Source: Steroidobacterales bacterium (GTDB taxonomy: Bacteria > Pseudomonadota > Gammaproteobacteria > Steroidobacterales > Steroidobacteraceae). From it: a DNA stretch of 64,000 nt. Every line of letters begins with the position of its first letter. The stretch's first letter is position 1. The translations under genes and the position numbers were made by a program. Positions 57,807-64,000 of the stretch are shown one piece after another. A model generated the notes under the pieces. The model saw only the letters and a program-made list of their open reading frames with translations, ran no database searches and was not told the DNA's origin. The stretch spans positions 740 to 64,739 of the forward strand of contig JBBROC010000009.1 in NCBI GenBank assembly GCA_038229815.1, given 5' to 3'.

Positions 57807-57836
57807 GCAAATTTACCCTGCGCGCAATAAATTTGC
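57807..57836. promoter_or_regulatory. 8-bp inverted repeat GCAAATTT-N14-AAATTTGC, a candidate operator in the regulator/tmd divergent region
   Basis: Read directly from the sequence. It lies 27 nt upstream of the XRE-cupin ATG and about 190 nt upstream of tmd. Confidence 0.3.
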
Positions 57837-57996
57837 ACTACAGTAACTGACATGCTATTTATTTCCCGTGCCCGCGCATTCCGAGGGTCTCTCGTCACGC
57901 TCTTTCGACTGCGCGGCGGTCAACCTGGCCAGCGCCGTTCGATCGGGAATATGATACGAGTTCCTGGCCTTTGAAGGGCGAGTCCTTCCCAAATAA

Positions 57997-60219
<2,223 letters not shown>

Positions 60220-60221
60220 TC

Positions 60222-62342
60222 GTGAGCCGAATTGACGCTGTCACTCGGATCCTATTCGAGGCCTTCTCAGCGGCCGAAGTGCGGCTCTTTTACGTGTTGG
60301 GTTACGCCGCGATAGCAGTATTCATTTACGGCGTCTATGTGCAGATACGCAAGTATCGGCGCGGCGCCGCGTTGCGGCTCGACGGTAGTCTGTGGACGCG
60401 CTTCGGCGATATGACCGCGAAAGTACTCAACCATCGCACCGTCGCCCGCCGCGATCCTGCGGCCGGCGGTGCGCATCGTCTGATTTTTTATGGGTTCGTC
60501 CTGCTGTTCATCGGCACAGCGACCATCACGCTGCAATACGACATCCTCGAGCCATTGTTTGGAATTCGCTTCTGGCAGGGCGAATTTTACTTGGTGTTCT
60601 CGCTGATCCTCGACGTCGCCGGAGTCGCGCTCGTCGGCGGCCTCGCGTACATGATGTACCGGCGCGGTTGGATGCGGTTGCCTAAGCTCGACTATGCGCG
60701 GCCCGATCGCTCGCCGGGCGATCCTGATTTCGATCGTCCGCACTACCGGCGCGAAGACTGGGCCTTTCTTTGGATTTTGATCATCATCGGCTGCACGGGC
60801 TACCTCCTCGAGGCGGCACGGCTCGTGTGGCTGCAGGGACGCCCGGACGTGTGGGAGACGCGCTGGTGGTCTCCCGTCGGCGCACTGATGGCCGAAGCCA
60901 TGCGGGCGCTTGGCTTGAGCGCGCAGGGCGGAGGCGTGTTCCGGCACGGCCTCTGGTGGTTCCATGGCCTGCTGGCGCTGTTCTTCATCGCGCTCATTCC
61001 CTTCACCAAGGTCAAACACATATTCACGGCGGCGGGATCGTTGATGGTCCGCGATCCACTGGCCTCGCAGCGACTGCCGCGCATCCCCGATACTCAAGCT
61101 GAGCCGGGGGTTACCAAGATCACGGATTTCAATTGGAAGCAGCTGCTGAATCTTGACGCCTGCACCAAATGCGGCCGCTGTCACGAAGCCTGCCCAGCTC
61201 GCGCGGTCGGTGCGCCGCTGTCGCCGCGCGACGTGATCTTAAGCCTGCGCGAATTCGCGAACGCCACGCTCGAATCTGGGACACTCCCGGCGGCTGCCGA
61301 GCTCGACGTCCATGGAAAAGCGCCCGGCCAAATCGCGATGGAAACGCTGTGGTCCTGCCGTACCTGCATGGCCTGCGTCGAGATTTGCCCGGTCGCCGTG
61401 GAGCACATCCCCATCATCGTGCAAATGCGCCGCAAGCTGGTCGAGGAAGGCGCCATGGATCCGGTGCTGACCAAGACGCTGCAGACAATTCACAAAACCG
61501 GCAACTCATTCGGCGAATCGAAGCGCAAGCGGGGAGCTTGGAGCAAGTCATTGCCATTCAAGGTCAAGGACGCGCGCAAGGAACCGGTGGAGGTTTTGTG
61601 GTTCGTCGGCGATTATGCCTCGTTCGATCCACGCAACCAGAAAGTCACCCAGACCTTTGCCGGCCTCTTACACCAAGCAGGTGTCGATTTTGGGATCCTC
61701 TACGATGGCGAATCCAATGCCGGCAACGATGTGCGCCGTGTCGGCGAGGAAGGCCTGTACGAGGTGCTCGCCAATGCCAATGTCGCTGCGCTGAACGGAG
61801 CGGCGTTCAAAACCATCGTCACCACCGATCCACATTCCTACAATACGATCCGTAATGAATACCCCGATTTCGGCGGCAAGTATCAGATTCAGCACTACAC
61901 CAGCTTCGTGAAGCAGCTGTTCGCTACCGGCAAATTGCAGGTCACGAAACCGCTCGCCGTGCGCACGACATTTCACGATCCATGTCATCTTGGGCGCTTC
62001 AACAAGGGATATGAAGCGCCGCGCGAGGTGCTCAAGCTGCTGGGCTGCGAAATCGTCGAAATGGGCCGCAGCCGCGCAAATTCTTTCTGTTGCGGCGCAG
62101 GCGGCGGCAGGATCTGGATTCCGGACCCGGTGGGAACTGAGAAGCCCGCCCAGAATCGCATCAGGGAGGCAGCGGCGATTCCGGGCCTCGAAGTGTACGT
62201 CGTGAGCTGCCCGAAGGATTTGACGATGTTCGAAGATGCCCTGAAGACCACCGGCAATGAGGGAAAGTTCGTGGTCAAAGAACTGATCGAACTCATCCGC
62301 GAAGCGATTCCCGCGGCGCGTAACACAGAGGTTGTTGAATGA
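60222..62342 (+). CDS. membrane-bound iron-sulfur oxidoreductase: NarI-like TM domain + 2x[4Fe-4S] + two CCG domains (EtfD/EMO/HdrD-like)
   Basis: The N-terminal ~270 aa have 5-6 TM helices. Ferredoxin motifs are CTKCGRCHEACP and CRTCMACVEICP. Cys-rich CCG-type motifs are HDPCHLGR and SFCCGAGGG. GTG start 2 nt after the tmd stop; ATGA overlap with etfB. Confidence 0.8.
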   Translation: MSRIDAVTRILFEAFSAAEVRLFYVLGYAAIAVFIYGVYVQIRKYRRGAALRLDGSLWTRFGDMTAKVLNHRTVARRDPAAGGAHRLIFYGFVLLFIGTATITLQYDILEPLFGIRFWQGEFYLVFSLILDVAGVALVGGLAYMMYRRGWMRLPKLDYARPDRSPGDPDFDRPHYRREDWAFLWILIIIGCTGYLLEAARLVWLQGRPDVWETRWWSPVGALMAEAMRALGLSAQGGGVFRHGLWWFHGLLALFFIALIPFTKVKHIFTAAGSLMVRDPLASQRLPRIPDTQAEPGVTKITDFNWKQLLNLDACTKCGRCHEACPARAVGAPLSPRDVILSLREFANATLESGTLPAAAELDVHGKAPGQIAMETLWSCRTCMACVEICPVAVEHIPIIVQMRRKLVEEGAMDPVLTKTLQTIHKTGNSFGESKRKRGAWSKSLPFKVKDARKEPVEVLWFVGDYASFDPRNQKVTQTFAGLLHQAGVDFGILYDGESNAGNDVRRVGEEGLYEVLANANVAALNGAAFKTIVTTDPHSYNTIRNEYPDFGGKYQIQHYTSFVKQLFATGKLQVTKPLAVRTTFHDPCHLGRFNKGYEAPREVLKLLGCEIVEMGRSRANSFCCGAGGGRIWIPDPVGTEKPAQNRIREAAAIPGLEVYVVSCPKDLTMFEDALKTTGNEGKFVVKELIELIREAIPAARNTEVVE

Positions 62343-63139
62343 AAATATTAGTGGCCGTCAAACAGGTTGCCGCCCTCGACGAAGACTTTGAGATAAGCAG
62401 CGACGGTCGAGACATCGACCCAGATTTTTTAATTCGCGATTTGAACGAGTGGGACGACTTCTCCTTGGAAGAAGCGGTCAAGATCAAGGAGGCGTCCGGG
62501 GAGCCCGTCGAGGTCATCGCCGTGTCGGTAGGACCGGAAGAAGTCGACGAATCCTTGCGCAAATGCCTGGCCAAGGGCGCCGATCGGGCGCTGCGCGTCT
62601 GGGATGAGGCGGTGCGAGGCTCGGATCCGATCGCCATCGCGCGCATTCTGACCGCAGTCGCGAAACGAGAGACGCCGGATTTGCTGTTTGCGGGAGTTCA
62701 ATCGTCGGACCAGGCATTTGCATCGACTGGCATTGCAACCGCGGGCCTGCTCGGCTGGCCGCACGCTGCGGTCGTGGCGAATCTACGCTACGCTCCGGGA
62801 GCCAAAACCGCGGTCTTTCGTCGCGAGCTCGAGGGCGGTCTCCTGCACGAAGTCGAAGTGCAAGTACCTGCCGTGCTGACCATTCAGGCGGGCATCAACA
62901 CGCCACGCTACGCATCATTGCGCAGCATCAAACAGGCGGCGGCCAAGCCGATCGAAGTCCTAGGGCTGTCAGAGCTTGAGCTCGACAGCGGCGCCGTAGG
63001 CGAAGCCGGTTCTTTGTCGCATGTGCGGCGCATGTATATTCCCGAGAAGGGCCGTGCGCAACTGATCGATGGGAGTCCGGCCGAGCAGGCTCAGCGGCTC
63101 GCAGCGATCATTAGAGAGTTCAAAGGAGAGGCAGCGTGA
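62339..63139 (+). CDS. etfB: electron transfer flavoprotein beta subunit
   Basis: 266 aa starting MKILVAVKQV..D, with a typical ETF-beta layout. Confidence 0.93.
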   Translation: MKILVAVKQVAALDEDFEISSDGRDIDPDFLIRDLNEWDDFSLEEAVKIKEASGEPVEVIAVSVGPEEVDESLRKCLAKGADRALRVWDEAVRGSDPIAIARILTAVAKRETPDLLFAGVQSSDQAFASTGIATAGLLGWPHAAVVANLRYAPGAKTAVFRRELEGGLLHEVEVQVPAVLTIQAGINTPRYASLRSIKQAAAKPIEVLGLSELELDSGAVGEAGSLSHVRRMYIPEKGRAQLIDGSPAEQAQRLAAIIREFKGEAA

Positions 63140-64000
63140 GCGGCATATTGGTAATCGCGGAACAGCGGCGAGGCGAATTGCGCCCGGTCTCGCTCGAACT
63201 GGTCGGCGCAGCACGAACCTTGCGCCTTGACGGCGAGCAGGTCGCCGTGGCGGTGCTCGGCCAAGAGCCCAATCGATTCGTGCCTGCCTTAAGTGTCGCT
63301 GGTGTCGATACCATCGTGACGGTCAAAGTGCCTCAGCCTGAGTTCGATCCCGACACGTTTGCCGCAGCGGTTGGCGCTCTGATCGAGGCGAAAAGTCCCG
63401 ATGTCGTGCTGGTGGCGCACAGCATCGACTCCTTCGGCTATGCGGCGGCGCTCGCGGCCACACGCGGCTACGGATTTGCCACCGATGTCTTCAAAGTCGA
63501 GCGCGTCGACGGCGAACTCATCGCAACGCGCGGCGGCTATGGTCAAAAGGTCAGCGTCGAACTCGATTTTCCCGGCCGCAGCACGGTACTGCTGGCGTTG
63601 CGCGCCAACATGTTCAAGCCGCCGGATCCCGGCGCCGCGCCGCAGGTTACGGCCTTCGAAGCGCCCGTGACGGCCAGTCGCTCCGAGGGCAAGGAGTTCG
63701 TCGAGTTGAGCGCGGCTGACGATGTCGACATGACGGCTGCCGAATTCATCTTGAGCATCGGCCGCGGCATCGGCGAAGAGGCCAAGGTCCCGCAGTTTCG
63801 GGAATTGGCGGAAGCCGTCGGCGCCACGCTTGGCTGTTCGCGGCCCATCGCAGATGCGGGCTGGCTGCCGAAGAGCCGCCAAGTGGGACAGTCGGGCAAG
63901 ACGGCGAGCGCTTGCAAGCTTTACATCGCTATGGGTGTCTCCGGCGCAATCCAGCACCTTGCCGGCATGAAACACGTCGCCAACATCATCGCCGTCAACA
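63136..64000 (+). CDS. etfA: electron transfer flavoprotein alpha subunit (3' end beyond the window)
   Basis: Absent from the ORF track because it has no stop in the window. GTG at 63136 overlaps the etfB stop (GTGA), with AGGAGAGG upstream. My translation is VSGILVIAEQRRGELRPVSLEL...GCSRPIADAGWLPKSRQVGQSGKTASACKLYIAMGVSGAIQHLAGM, the ETF-alpha FAD-binding signature. Confidence 0.88.
   Translation, partial: MSGILVIAEQRRGELRPVSLELVGAARTLRLDGEQVAVAVLGQEPNRFVPALSVAGVDTIVTVKVPQPEFDPDTFAAAVGALIEAKSPDVVLVAHSIDSFGYAAALAATRGYGFATDVFKVERVDGELIATRGGYGQKVSVELDFPGRSTVLLALRANMFKPPDPGAAPQVTAFEAPVTASRSEGKEFVELSAADDVDMTAAEFILSIGRGIGEEAKVPQFRELAEAVGATLGCSRPIADAGWLPKSRQVGQSGKTASACKLYIAMGVSGAIQHLAGMKHVANIIAVN

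Overview
GC-rich (about 62-65% by eye) proteobacterial chromosome segment with no rRNA, tRNA, CRISPR array, transposase or integrase that I could recognise. All calls come from reading the supplied ORF translations and the raw sequence. No BLAST or HMM search was run, so family names are motif- and synteny-based recognitions.

Positions 1 to about 23 kb are a housekeeping backbone in the arrangement typical of Gamma/Betaproteobacteria:
- crp-like, rpe, djlA, purC, yihY
- pmbA divergent from yjgA, then purE-purK
- the tldD / C-N hydrolase / yhdP / rng / maf block
- rlmH-rsfS-nadD-holA

Positions 23-43 kb are accessory:
- a nitronate monooxygenase and an enoyl-CoA hydratase
- a translationally coupled ParB/Srx-like + SulP pair
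- a four-gene operon of a TonB-dependent receptor plus an RND tripartite efflux pump
- HIT, prolyl aminopeptidase, GNAT and aldo/keto reductase genes
- an exported tricorn-like protease coupled to an FMN alpha-hydroxy-acid dehydrogenase

Positions 43-64 kb look like a methylated-amine utilisation island:
- the complete eight-gene N-methylglutamate pathway operon (mgdABCD-gmaS-mgsABC, minus strand)
- a PQQ quinohemoprotein alcohol dehydrogenase, a gamma-carbonic-anhydrase-like protein and a membrane C13 (legumain-like) peptidase
- an XRE-cupin regulator divergent from an operon encoding trimethylamine dehydrogenase, a membrane NarI-like/2x[4Fe-4S]/CCG-domain oxidoreductase (EtfD/EMO-like), and ETF beta and alpha (alpha runs off the window)

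The most interesting candidate is this tmd / EtfD-like / etfBA unit. It could be a self-contained route carrying electrons from trimethylamine to the quinone pool.

Secondary curiosities:
- an ExeA-like AAA+ ATPase fused to an FHA domain, directly behind purEK
- an 18-bp tandem repeat encoding a Lys-rich hexapeptide array in an N-terminal extension of RsfS
- two small ORFs below the ORF-track size cutoff
- several perfect palindromes in the few long intergenic gaps, including GCAAAT/ATTTGC-type inverted repeats in both methylamine-related promoter regions

Many long ORFs in the track are antisense shadow ORFs typical of high-GC DNA and were not called.
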